From an uncultured Candidatus Saccharibacteria bacterium (GTDB lineage: Bacteria > Patescibacteriota > Minisyncoccia > Phycocordibacterales > UBA1006): a DNA stretch of 64,000 nt. Position numbers and translations under genes: made by a program. How positions within the stretch are numbered: position 1 is the first letter of the stretch; every line of letters starts with the position of its first letter. Of this stretch, positions 39,909-49,047 are shown piece by piece. The stretch covers positions 2,186 through 66,185 of the forward strand of contig CAZQDL010000003.1 in assembly GCA_964592365.1 (NCBI GenBank), given 5' to 3'. The notes beneath the pieces are model-generated. The model was not told the DNA's origin. It saw only the letters and a program-made list of their open reading frames with translations, and did no database searches.

Positions 39909-41144
39909 ATGAAAACAATATTTGAAAACATACAAGAATCAATTCTTGAAGCAGGAAAACGACTATCACTAGATGAACGTATCATTAAGCAAATAACCAC
40001 TCCACATAAGATAATCGAGGATACGGTTAATGTTCCTAGTATTGGAGACGTTGATATTTATAGGGTTCAATTTAACAATGTATTGGGTCCATACAAAGGT
40101 GGAATTCGATTTCACCCAGAGGTAAATATAGATGAGGTAAAAGCTCTTTCTATCACCATGATGCTTAAATGCTCACTTGTAGGTATTCCTTTAGGTGGGG
40201 CAAAAGGAGGGGCTTCAATAGATGCAAAAAAACTTTCGCAAGTGCAATTAGAATCAGTATCTCGTGCATGGATACAATCAATGCATACATATCTTGGGGT
40301 AGATAAGGACATTCCTGCTCCTGATGTGAATACAAATGGTCAGATTATGGCTTGGATGCTTGATGAATACGAAGTCATTAATCAAAGGTCAGAGCCAGGT
40401 ATGATTACAGGAAAACCACTTTCCTTAGGTGGTTCAGAAGGAAGAGTTACTGCAACCTCTCAAGGAGGTGTTCATGTACTTCTTGCAACACTTGAAATGC
40501 TTCCATTAAAAGAAACTACTCGAAAGGTAATAGTTCAAGGTTTTGGAAATGTAGGTTCCTTTGCTGCAACAATGCTTCATGATCTAGGATTTAGTATCGT
40601 AGGTATATCAGATAGTTCAGGCGCACTGTATTGTGAACAGGGAATTGATCCTTATGCAATTTTAAAGGTAAAAGAAAACAAGGAATCTCTTGAAAACTGG
40701 GCGCAAGATCAAGAAGGAATTATATACATATCTAATGATGAATTGCTCATTCAAACATGTGACATCCTTATTCCAGCTGCTTTAGAAGGAGTTATCACCG
40801 AAAAGAATGCAGGTACCATTAAGGCAAGTCATATTCTTGAACTTGCAAACAACCCAACAACCAAAGAAGCTGATGCTATCTTGAAGGAGAGGGGTGTAGT
40901 AGTAATTCCAGATTTCTTAGCAAATGCAGGTGGTGTTAGTGTAAGTTACTTCGAATGGGTTCAAAATAGACAGCAATACTATTGGAAAATAGATAGGGTA
41001 CATGAAGAACTCAAAGAAATCATGACAAAAGCAACAAATAGGGTACTTGCGTATTCAATTAAGAATACACTAACCCTTCGTGAAGCTGCAATTGATCTTG
41101 CAATATCTCGTATTGCAGAGGCAAGTATCCTAAGAGGAAGATAA
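39909..41144 (+). CDS. gdhA: Glu/Leu/Phe/Val dehydrogenase (glutamate dehydrogenase)
   Basis: GPYKGGIRFHP, GGAKGG, DIPAPDVNT, QGFGNVG, NAGGV.VSYFEW. Confidence 0.92.
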   Translation: MKTIFENIQESILEAGKRLSLDERIIKQITTPHKIIEDTVNVPSIGDVDIYRVQFNNVLGPYKGGIRFHPEVNIDEVKALSITMMLKCSLVGIPLGGAKGGASIDAKKLSQVQLESVSRAWIQSMHTYLGVDKDIPAPDVNTNGQIMAWMLDEYEVINQRSEPGMITGKPLSLGGSEGRVTATSQGGVHVLLATLEMLPLKETTRKVIVQGFGNVGSFAATMLHDLGFSIVGISDSSGALYCEQGIDPYAILKVKENKESLENWAQDQEGIIYISNDELLIQTCDILIPAALEGVITEKNAGTIKASHILELANNPTTKEADAILKERGVVVIPDFLANAGGVSVSYFEWVQNRQQYYWKIDRVHEELKEIMTKATNRVLAYSIKNTLTLREAAIDLAISRIAEASILRGR

Positions 41145-41194
41145 AATGCGGTTCAACCGTTTTTTTATTTGAAAAAAAAGGTACAATGCGAACC

Positions 41195-42643
41195 ATGGAA
41201 AATAAAACGGTATTACGATTTGAAAATGTAACCTTTAAATATAGTGAAATACACACTATTTTAGATGAGGTGAATTTCTCTATTAAACGTGGATCAAAGA
41301 TTACCCTTATGGGACAAAACGGTGCTGGAAAATCATCGCTCTTTAGTATGATCATGGGAGAAAGAGAAGTTAATGAGGGAAGCATTCATATTGCACATGG
41401 AAGTACTATTGCTATTGCAAGACAGGTAATTCCAAAGGAACAGCTTTCACTTACGCTTCGAGATTTCTTCCAAGCTCAATTTGATGAAACAATTTACAAC
41501 ATTGATCCAAAGATTGATGAGGTATTAGAAACAGTAAACCTGAAAGCAGATAAAGAGTCATTAATATCATCTTTTTCTGGAGGCCAACAAGCACGAATAC
41601 TTCTTGCGTCTGCGTTGATTAAGAAACCTGATATTCTTCTTCTTGATGAGCCAACTAACAATCTAGATCATAGTGGGATTACTCATCTTACTGATTTTCT
41701 AGTTAACTATGACAAGACGGTAATCGTGATTTCACACGATGCTGATTTCCTTAATGAATTTTCAACAGGTGTTTTGTATTTAGATATTTTCACCAAAAAA
41801 ATTGAACTATATGTCGGAAACTATTTTGATGTAGTTGAACAAATAGGAGCACGAGTACTCAAAGAGAAAAGAAAAAATGCACAGCTTGAAAAAACAATTC
41901 AGCAGAAGAAGGATAAGGCGAACTTCTTTGCAAACAAGGGAGGAAGATTACGTGCTTTAGCAAAACAGATGAGAGAGGATGTTGAGGAGTTTGAGGATAA
42001 CAAGGTTGATGTACGTAAGGAAGATAAAACCATTCGTAAATTTCATATACCAAACCAACAAGAAGTAACAGGAACTCTCATGCGTATAAGTTCATACACA
42101 CGTATGAACAAAGGTAAAGAAGAACGAAAAGATGCTTCCATTGATATCAAAAAGAATCATCACTTAAGAATCATCGGACCAAATGGAATAGGGAAAACTA
42201 CTTTATTAGAGAAAATTGCACGTGCTGAAGATCAAGGAATCACACTTCACGAAAAGGTAAAAATTGGCTACTACCGACAAGATTTTAGAGGTCTTGATAT
42301 GAATAAAACAGTGTACAGTGAACTTGCATCAGTCATGCCTAGACTCGATGAACAAAAACTTAGATCAGTAGCCTCTGGCTTTCTAATAGGAAGTGAGTTG
42401 ATAAACAACACTATTGGTACTCTTTCTGAAGGTCAAAAAGGTCTTGTTGCATTTGCTCAACTTGTTTTACTTGAACCTGGACTATTGGTACTTGATGAGC
42501 CAACCAATCACATTAACTTTAGACACCTACCTGTTATCGCAGACGCTCTTGATGCATATGAAGGAGGTATGATCATCATCTCCCACGATGAAGAATTTAT
42601 GGAATCAGTAAGGATTGATGAGATATTTGATCTTGAAAAATAA
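41195..42643 (+). CDS. ABC-F family ATPase
   Basis: Two ABC domains (GQNGAGKS/FSGGQ/LDEPTN; GPNGIGKT/LSEGQ/LDEPTN), no TM segments. Confidence 0.92.
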   Translation: MENKTVLRFENVTFKYSEIHTILDEVNFSIKRGSKITLMGQNGAGKSSLFSMIMGEREVNEGSIHIAHGSTIAIARQVIPKEQLSLTLRDFFQAQFDETIYNIDPKIDEVLETVNLKADKESLISSFSGGQQARILLASALIKKPDILLLDEPTNNLDHSGITHLTDFLVNYDKTVIVISHDADFLNEFSTGVLYLDIFTKKIELYVGNYFDVVEQIGARVLKEKRKNAQLEKTIQQKKDKANFFANKGGRLRALAKQMREDVEEFEDNKVDVRKEDKTIRKFHIPNQQEVTGTLMRISSYTRMNKGKEERKDASIDIKKNHHLRIIGPNGIGKTTLLEKIARAEDQGITLHEKVKIGYYRQDFRGLDMNKTVYSELASVMPRLDEQKLRSVASGFLIGSELINNTIGTLSEGQKGLVAFAQLVLLEPGLLVLDEPTNHINFRHLPVIADALDAYEGGMIIISHDEEFMESVRIDEIFDLEK

Positions 42644-42667
42644 AAAGCATGCAGAAAGCATGCTTTT

Positions 42668-43054
42668 TTACAATAACGATGTCTTCTTTTTCCAGACTTC
42701 TTCGTTGTATAGATTTTCAATTTTCTCGATACGATCTTTTAAATATTGATCACATCTTGTTTTTTCATTTTCAATCTCCTCCTTGTTCTTTCTGTAGAAA
42801 TCAATAGCTGATTCCTCCCATTTTCTTAGTGAAATCTGATAAATAATAACAATAGCAACGATGCCAAAGATAGAAATATAAAACAACAGAGTAACTACCA
42901 GACTAACAAGTTTACCTGAGTTCAACTCATCTACTAATGAGATGAGAAAGATTCCAAAGAATAGTACTGACAGGTATATTAAGACTGATGCAGTCAATAT
43001 CTTCTCTGCTTTCAAATCTTCAAAGAGTGCGGTGATTTCTTTACTTAGCTCCAT
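42668..43054 (-). CDS. Hypothetical 2-TM membrane protein
   Basis: Two hydrophobic helices and a charged tail; likely start MELSKE. Confidence 0.6.
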   Translation of the reverse strand: MELSKEITALFEDLKAEKILTASVLIYLSVLFFGIFLISLVDELNSGKLVSLVVTLLFYISIFGIVAIVIIYQISLRKWEESAIDFYRKNKEEIENEKTRCDQYLKDRIEKIENLYNEEVWKKKTSLL

Positions 43055-43247
43055 AAATAATATTTTTTTAAAGTTTCTTAAATAAATTAAACCATATATA
43101 AAAGATATCCACAAGTATGTAATTCATATATCTTTTTATTCCTTTTCATGATATTCTCTAATTAGATTTTGAGACAAGAGCCGTAAAGAGTATTTTTTTG
43201 GGTATTTGAGTTGAAGGATCGTTAAACGAAATAATATAAGAAATATA

Positions 43248-43643
43248 ATGAATGACCGACAAATGTTCCGAGGAAATTGGACATGTGCAGAATGTTCTGC
43301 AGATATTAATGAACTACCATTCCAACCAAAAAGTGGGGATGGTCTAAAATGTAACAAGTGTATGCGTTCTACTCGACCAGAACGTGTAATGATCGAAGGA
43401 AACTGGGGATGTAAAGATTGTGGAACATCAATCACACAACTTCCATTTACTCCTGAAGATGATAGCAATGTTACTTGTAGAGATTGTCATATGAAAAACA
43501 AACCTGCACGACCAGCACGACCAGAACGAAGAATGTTCAGAGGTGATTGGGAATGTAAGGACTGTGGTTCTGACATCAACGAACTACCATTTGAACCTCG
43601 TGACCCATCTTCAGTTAGCTGTCGAGATTGTCACAGTAAATAA
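43248..43643 (+). CDS. Triple CxxC-x17/18-CxxC zinc-ribbon repeat protein
   Basis: Three repeats of M..G.W.C..C...I..LPF.P......C..C. Confidence 0.85.
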   Translation: MNDRQMFRGNWTCAECSADINELPFQPKSGDGLKCNKCMRSTRPERVMIEGNWGCKDCGTSITQLPFTPEDDSNVTCRDCHMKNKPARPARPERRMFRGDWECKDCGSDINELPFEPRDPSSVSCRDCHSK

Positions 43644-43668
43644 AAAAACACCGTATGGTGTTTTTTTA

Positions 43669-44373
43669 TTATCCCTTTAGAACTTCTGGATCAGCAAACA
43701 CTGCATCTGCAAAGTTCCAAAATGCCTCATTACCAGCCTCTTGCCCTATACAGATAGAAGCACGAGCAGCAGGTTCTGCCTGAGGATGGAAATCAAGTGG
43801 TAAGTGTCGATATACCCATTTCACATTTGGGAATTCAGCAACCACCTTTTCAAGTTCTGGGTGAACTCGAGCACAGAATGGACATTCAAAATCAGAATAT
43901 TCAAAGATAGTTATAGGTGCATTTGCATCACCTTTAAAGAAATCTCTTTCTGCATCAAATGGTCTTATATCAGCACCTTGTGGAACAGCATCAATTTCAT
44001 CTTGTCGTAAGTCACCTGAAGTTGCTCTGGTAAGGATATCTGCAAAGGCTTCAAATGGATATGCTCCTGGTAGGGAAACAAGAGTTCCATCTTCAGTTTG
44101 AATAACATTGAAAGGTGTTCCTTGTCCACCTAATCGTCCAGCTTCTGCAACTTCTTCTTGAACACGATTAGCAACTTCTTCTGATTCAAAACAAGTATTA
44201 AAAGTATTCTTTCTAATTCCATATTCTTTTGCTTGTGCTAAGTAGAAAGCATCAGGCCCTGTTGCTTCTGGTTGCTTATGTGCTCCTGAAGCAATCAGAA
44301 ATACTGATAGTACGGTTCCAATAGCACCAAGTGCCAAGGCAATATTAATTTTTTGGTTATTTGTTATCTTCAT
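43669..44373 (-). CDS. Membrane-anchored DsbA-family thiol-disulfide oxidoreductase, circularly permuted
   Basis: TM anchor; GTP loop (aa 85-87) precedes EYSDFECPFC (aa 158-167) and WVYRHLPL. Confidence 0.85.
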   Translation of the reverse strand: MKITNNQKINIALALGAIGTVLSVFLIASGAHKQPEATGPDAFYLAQAKEYGIRKNTFNTCFESEEVANRVQEEVAEAGRLGGQGTPFNVIQTEDGTLVSLPGAYPFEAFADILTRATSGDLRQDEIDAVPQGADIRPFDAERDFFKGDANAPITIFEYSDFECPFCARVHPELEKVVAEFPNVKWVYRHLPLDFHPQAEPAARASICIGQEAGNEAFWNFADAVFADPEVLKG

Positions 44374-44456
44374 ATACTTGCTATTCTATCAACATCACAG
44401 TAATCAGTACATTGTCAGTATCTAAAATACTCAGTAGAATAAATAAAAAACAAAGA

Positions 44457-44915
44457 ATGAGTTCAAAAACACTATTCATTAATTCATGGGAGTATGAAAA
44501 AATGAAAAACTACGAAAGTATGTCATGTGGAATACAACTTCCATGTATTGAAAGTACAACTCAGATGGTTAGATATGCAACTATCCAAATGAATAGAGAG
44601 TTACAGTTAGCATTTATAAGTGAGCTTGATATATTGATTAATATATTTCATTACTGTAATAGAGCTATAGCAAAAGTGTACCCTAATACTTCTGACTACA
44701 CTGTTTCTGATAAAAATAGGTTCATTAGTGATAACGCATCTTTCTTTCGAAAGGTTAGATCAGTGGGTAAGGAAGGTTACACTATTCTTTTAGGGCATGA
44801 AGTTCTGTATATTGAAAACAATATAGATACATCTATTACTTTACAGGAAAATGAGATTCTCATTATTCCGAGGATCGTACATAGTTCTTCTCCTAAATTT
44901 ATTATTTCACGATAA
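44457..44915 (+). CDS. Hypothetical protein
   Basis: ORF from ATG 44457, followed by a hairpin and T tract; no motif recognised. Confidence 0.55.
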   Translation: MSSKTLFINSWEYEKMKNYESMSCGIQLPCIESTTQMVRYATIQMNRELQLAFISELDILINIFHYCNRAIAKVYPNTSDYTVSDKNRFISDNASFFRKVRSVGKEGYTILLGHEVLYIENNIDTSITLQENEILIIPRIVHSSSPKFIISR

Positions 44916-44968
44916 AGCCTGAATATCTTTAGGCTTTTTCTTATGACATATCATGATATTCTATACAT

Positions 44969-45508
44969 ATGCTTAACTATCTTTATTCACTAATGAAACA
45001 GAAGAAATTCTCTTTGATTTTAATTTTTCTAATATCAGCAGTAGTATTATTACTCGTTCCTCAATGGCAGGTGATTGTACGAACACTTTCACTTTTTGAT
45101 TTTTTCTCAACTGAAATGCTTTCATCCTTATGGTATTTTTTAAAGACTGCATTTCTTTCCATGAATGCTCTTGCACAAATTATTTTTATAGGAACAAGTA
45201 TATTGTTAAGTCTAAATATTATTCTCCTTATTAAATATATTCAGGTGTATCGTAAATTGTTAAATGTTCAATCTACTGGACTAAGTGCTTTCGGTCTCAT
45301 TGCAGCAGTATTCACCACAGGATGTCTGTCATGTAGCGTTATATTCATTGCTCCTTTGATAAGTATTTTTGGAGTTTCAACAGGCCTTTTTATATCAAAT
45401 AACTCACAAATCATTGCATTTCTTGCTTTGATAAGTATTGGATTTTCTTGTTTTCTCTTACTAAAGAAAATAACTGATCCTCAAGTTTGTAATACCAACT
45501 ATGTCTAA
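44969..45508 (+). CDS. Multi-TM membrane protein with CxxC motif
   Basis: About 4 TM helices, TTGCLSCS, C-terminal Cys. Confidence 0.7.
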   Translation: MLNYLYSLMKQKKFSLILIFLISAVVLLLVPQWQVIVRTLSLFDFFSTEMLSSLWYFLKTAFLSMNALAQIIFIGTSILLSLNIILLIKYIQVYRKLLNVQSTGLSAFGLIAAVFTTGCLSCSVIFIAPLISIFGVSTGLFISNNSQIIAFLALISIGFSCFLLLKKITDPQVCNTNYV

Positions 45509-46361
45509 TCTTAATGAATTACAAAAAGAAATCGAAAACTATGAAGCTATGATGCTTCATAGTGATTTTTGGGATAACAAGGAAGAGGCTCAGCGTATTA
45601 TAAAAAGAATAAGTGAACTTAAAAATGAAATCGAAGGGGATAAGAAATACGATAAAGGTAACGCTATCATTAACATCTATGCAGGTGCAGGAGGGGATGA
45701 TGCTGAAGATTTTGTTCGAATACTATTTGAAATGTATCAATCTTTCATTACCAAGAAAAATTTAATTCTTAATATTCTTGATAGTTCACCAAACACGATT
45801 AATGGATTTAGAAGTATATCTTTTGAAATACTTGGGAAAAACTCATATGCACTCCTTAAAGATGAGTCAGGGGTACATCGATTGGTAAGAAAGTCACCTT
45901 TTAACAACAAAGGAAAGCGTCAAACATCGTTTGCTCTTGTTGAGGTACTACCTGAAGTAAGTCCTACTGATTTCAATTTAGAAGAATCATCCCTTGAAGT
46001 CTCTTTTGCACGTTCAGGAGGAGCTGGAGGGCAAAATGTAAATAAGCGAGAAACTGCTGTAAGAATGGTACATCCACAAACAGGTATCTCTGTATTTATT
46101 TCAGAGGGTAGGACACAAGAGTCAAATAGAAGACGTGCACTTGATATTATGCGAGCAAAGCTGTTTTCAAAACACCTTGAAGATGAAGAAAAGAAGAGTA
46201 AAGGTCTAAGTATCGGAGACAAAGTAAGCATTGAGTGGGGTCAACAAATGAGATCTTACGTATTTGATCCCTATCAAATGGTAAAAGATCACAAGAAAGA
46301 TGTAGAAACGAACAAGGTAGATGCTGTATTACAAGGGGATTTAGAAATATTTGTAAGCTAA
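45501..46361 (+). CDS. prfB: Peptide chain release factor 2, N-terminally shortened
   Basis: SDFWDN, AGAGG, ESGVHRLVRKSPF (SPF motif), GGAGGQNVNK, WGQQMRSYV. Confidence 0.9.
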   Translation: MSNLNELQKEIENYEAMMLHSDFWDNKEEAQRIIKRISELKNEIEGDKKYDKGNAIINIYAGAGGDDAEDFVRILFEMYQSFITKKNLILNILDSSPNTINGFRSISFEILGKNSYALLKDESGVHRLVRKSPFNNKGKRQTSFALVEVLPEVSPTDFNLEESSLEVSFARSGGAGGQNVNKRETAVRMVHPQTGISVFISEGRTQESNRRRALDIMRAKLFSKHLEDEEKKSKGLSIGDKVSIEWGQQMRSYVFDPYQMVKDHKKDVETNKVDAVLQGDLEIFVS

Positions 46362-46389
46362 TTTTAATTTGTGATAAAATAACAAACAT

Positions 46390-47064
46390 ATGATTGACTT
46401 TAAAAATTTATCGAAGACGTATCGTTCTGAAAAGGCATCGCTTCACGATATCAACTTATCAATAAAGGAAGGGGAATTTGTTACCTTAGTTGGGCACTCA
46501 GGTGCTGGAAAAACTACTCTAACAAAACTACTTCTTGGTGAAGAAACACCTTCATCAGGAAGTATATTCTTTGATGGTATTGATATATTTTCTCTAAAAC
46601 AAAGAGATATTCCGAGATATCGTCAAAGAATTGGTGTTGTGTTTCAAGATTACAAACTTTTGAAAAATAAAACCGTATTTGAAAACATAGCTTTTGCAAT
46701 GGAAATGATAGGGAAAGATGATGAATCTATCGCAAAAGATGTTCCAAATGCTCTTGAGCTAGTAGGCTTAGCTGACAAAGAAGATTCATTTCCTGATGAA
46801 CTATCAGGTGGTGAACAACAAAGACTTGCTATTGCACGAGCAATTATTAATCAACCTGATTTATTAATCGCTGACGAACCAACTGACTCACTTGATGTTG
46901 AAAATGTAAAAGCAGTAGTTCAAATACTAAAAAAGATTAATGAATTAGGAACAACTGTTATCTTAGCTACTCACAACCCAGATGTGGTTAAGCAGCTTGA
47001 TGATCGTATTGTCATTTTAGAACATGGTCGTATCCTTAAAGATACCCTTAAAAACAAAAAATAA
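46390..47064 (+). CDS. ftsE: Cell division ATP-binding protein FtsE
   Basis: GHSGAGKT, IGVVFQDYKLL, LSGGEQQR, ADEPT; adjacent to ftsX. Confidence 0.92.
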   Translation: MIDFKNLSKTYRSEKASLHDINLSIKEGEFVTLVGHSGAGKTTLTKLLLGEETPSSGSIFFDGIDIFSLKQRDIPRYRQRIGVVFQDYKLLKNKTVFENIAFAMEMIGKDDESIAKDVPNALELVGLADKEDSFPDELSGGEQQRLAIARAIINQPDLLIADEPTDSLDVENVKAVVQILKKINELGTTVILATHNPDVVKQLDDRIVILEHGRILKDTLKNKK

Positions 47065-47065
47065 T

Positions 47066-47989
47066 ATGTCTATAACTATTGATATAAAAAGAATATTGCA
47101 TGAAGGATGGGTTTCATTTAAACGAAATAACATTGTTTCATTTGCATCGGTTGTTGTGATGACCATGTCTATGCTTGTGTTAAGTGGAGTACTTTTCCTT
47201 AATGCAATTCTTGGATTTTCACTAAATCAACTCGAAGAACGAGTAGATGTGAATATTTATTTCTATCCTGATACACCAGAAGAAGAAATAATAACTCTTG
47301 CAGGTTCTATTGAAGAACTTCCTGAAGTACGTGATGTAACTTATATTTCAAGAGATGAAGCTTTTGAAAACTTCCAATTACGTCATGCAAGTGACCCTCT
47401 TATCCAGCGATCACTTGATGAGCTAGGTGGAAATCCTTTAGGGGCATCATTGAATGTTCGTGCCTTTGACTCAACAACCTATGAATCTATTGTAAAAAGT
47501 ATTGAATCACAGCCAGTTGTTGCAAATGCGAATTTCGTAGAAAGAATTAACTATTACGATAACAAAGGACTTATCGAACGTCTCAATGAATTCAGTTCAA
47601 TTGCTCAAACTGTTGCTTATGCTATTACCATGTTTGTTGCAGGAATTGCTGTGTTGGTAATTATCAGCACCATTAGAATTGCTATTTTCTCATCAAGAAA
47701 TGATATCGTGGTTAAAAGATTAGTTGGTGCTGAACATAGATACATTAGAGGACCTTTTCTTGTGCAAGGTGCAATATATGGGATCATTGGTTCAATCCTA
47801 ACCTTACTTGCCTTGTTTCCAATCACCTCATGGATTGGAAAATACACAGAAAGTTTCTTTGGTGGAATGGATATTTCTTCATATTTTATGACAAATATTT
47901 TCCAAATATTCTTTATCCTTCTTGCTGTTGCTGTTCTTTTAGGAATGCTTGCAAGTGCATTGTCGATAAAAAAATATTTAAAGGTGTAA
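47066..47989 (+). CDS. ftsX: Cell division permease FtsX
   Basis: TM1, large extracellular loop, three more TMs, RLVGA...IRGPF..QG. Confidence 0.92.
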   Translation: MSITIDIKRILHEGWVSFKRNNIVSFASVVVMTMSMLVLSGVLFLNAILGFSLNQLEERVDVNIYFYPDTPEEEIITLAGSIEELPEVRDVTYISRDEAFENFQLRHASDPLIQRSLDELGGNPLGASLNVRAFDSTTYESIVKSIESQPVVANANFVERINYYDNKGLIERLNEFSSIAQTVAYAITMFVAGIAVLVIISTIRIAIFSSRNDIVVKRLVGAEHRYIRGPFLVQGAIYGIIGSILTLLALFPITSWIGKYTESFFGGMDISSYFMTNIFQIFFILLAVAVLLGMLASALSIKKYLKV

Positions 47990-48129
47990 TATATAAAAAA
48001 CAATACTATGAAGTATTGTTTTTTATATGATTGAGAAATTAAGAATTTGAAATATAATGAATGAGTTGAAAGCTCATATGATTCTTGAGATTGCATCAAC
48101 TTAAAGTTATAATAATAAAAAACAAAGTT

Positions 48130-48246
48130 ATGGAACAAGCACCAAAAAAACAAGAAGAGAGTAACAATCCTTTTGGTTTAACAAAAGAGGAATTGGATGA
48201 TTTGTATAACGATGACCCAAAAGATTTTATGAAAGGACAGCATTAA
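48130..48246 (+). CDS. Putative small acidic protein, 38 aa (not in ORF track)
   Basis: MEQAPKKQEESNNPFGLTKEELDDLYNDDPKDFMKGQH*; TTGAGA-16-TATAAT at 48031-48058 and A-rich leader. Confidence 0.5.
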   Translation: MEQAPKKQEESNNPFGLTKEELDDLYNDDPKDFMKGQH

Positions 48247-48298
48247 TTTATATTGCCGTCCTTTTTGTTTAGCTATGTGTAGGTTATAATACCCACAT

Positions 48299-48799
48299 AT
48301 GAGATCAAAAGGATTTACCTTAATTGAATTACTCGTAGTTGTTGCAATCATTGGAATATTGGCAACCGTGGTATTAGCATCATTAGGAAGTGCACGAGAG
48401 AAAGCTCGTGATGCGAAACGACATGCTGATATTAGAACGATAAAAAATCAACTTGAACTCTACTATCTCGACAACGGAAGATATCCTACTTTTGGATGGA
48501 GAAGCAGTAGTAGTCAAGCGGAATGGACATCGTTTAGCAATGCTCTTGGCATTTCTGCACCTGTTGATCCGGTTAATACGGGAGCACCTGCAAATGGAGG
48601 AGCTTCAACTGGATTTACCTATTCATACTATGGTGCAGGATTCGGGTGTGACGGACAATGGTATATGTTGGTATACAAGCTTGAAAGTGATCCTAACCCT
48701 GTAAGTCCAGGAGTAAAGAGATGTGATGCTCCGACCTCACCATTTAATTATACTGGAGGTTCAAGAATCACTACTGGAGTGAATAATATTCTCGATTAA
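48299..48799 (+). CDS. Type IV pilin / GspG-like prepilin
   Basis: KG|[18 protein letters not shown]-methylation motif, [10 protein letters not shown], two Cys. Confidence 0.93.
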   Translation: MRSKGFTLIELLVVVAIIGILATVVLASLGSAREKARDAKRHADIRTIKNQLELYYLDNGRYPTFGWRSSSSQAEWTSFSNALGISAPVDPVNTGAPANGGASTGFTYSYYGAGFGCDGQWYMLVYKLESDPNPVSPGVKRCDAPTSPFNYTGGSRITTGVNNILD

Positions 48800-48840
48800 T
48801 GGTTAGAAGAAAAAGTCTGGTAATAACCAGACTTTTTTTG

Positions 48841-48914
48841 TGGACCCGACAGGACTCGAACCTGCCACCTCCTCAGTGCAAGTGAGGCGCTCTAGCCAGA
48901 TGAGCTACGGGCCC
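48841..48914 (-). tRNA. tRNA-Ala (TGC)
   Basis: Reverse complement GGGCCCG...CCTCA-CTTGCAC-TGAGG...GTTCGAGTC...CGGGTCCA with G3:U70 identity pair. CCA not encoded. Confidence 0.96.
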
Positions 48915-49047
48915 AGATCGTTAGTTTAAAGAATTAATTAATTAAACTAACTGATTCTCTAAAGAACAACTGCGAGCATTATAAACAACTCAATAAAATA
49001 TGCAAGATTGTCTTTTATTTTTCTAAATAATAAGTACACTCATAACT

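Noticed and set aside
43248-43643. Nucleotide repeats (e.g. GAACTACCATT, CGACCAGAACG) as CRISPR or DGR repeats
   Set aside because: They are explained by the three in-frame zinc-ribbon repeats; there are no spacers, cas genes or reverse transcriptase.
45340-45510. Programmed +1 frameshift joining the upstream ORF to prfB
   Set aside because: No CTT-TGA-C slippery site with an internal SD near the junction; the upstream ORF is an unrelated membrane protein.
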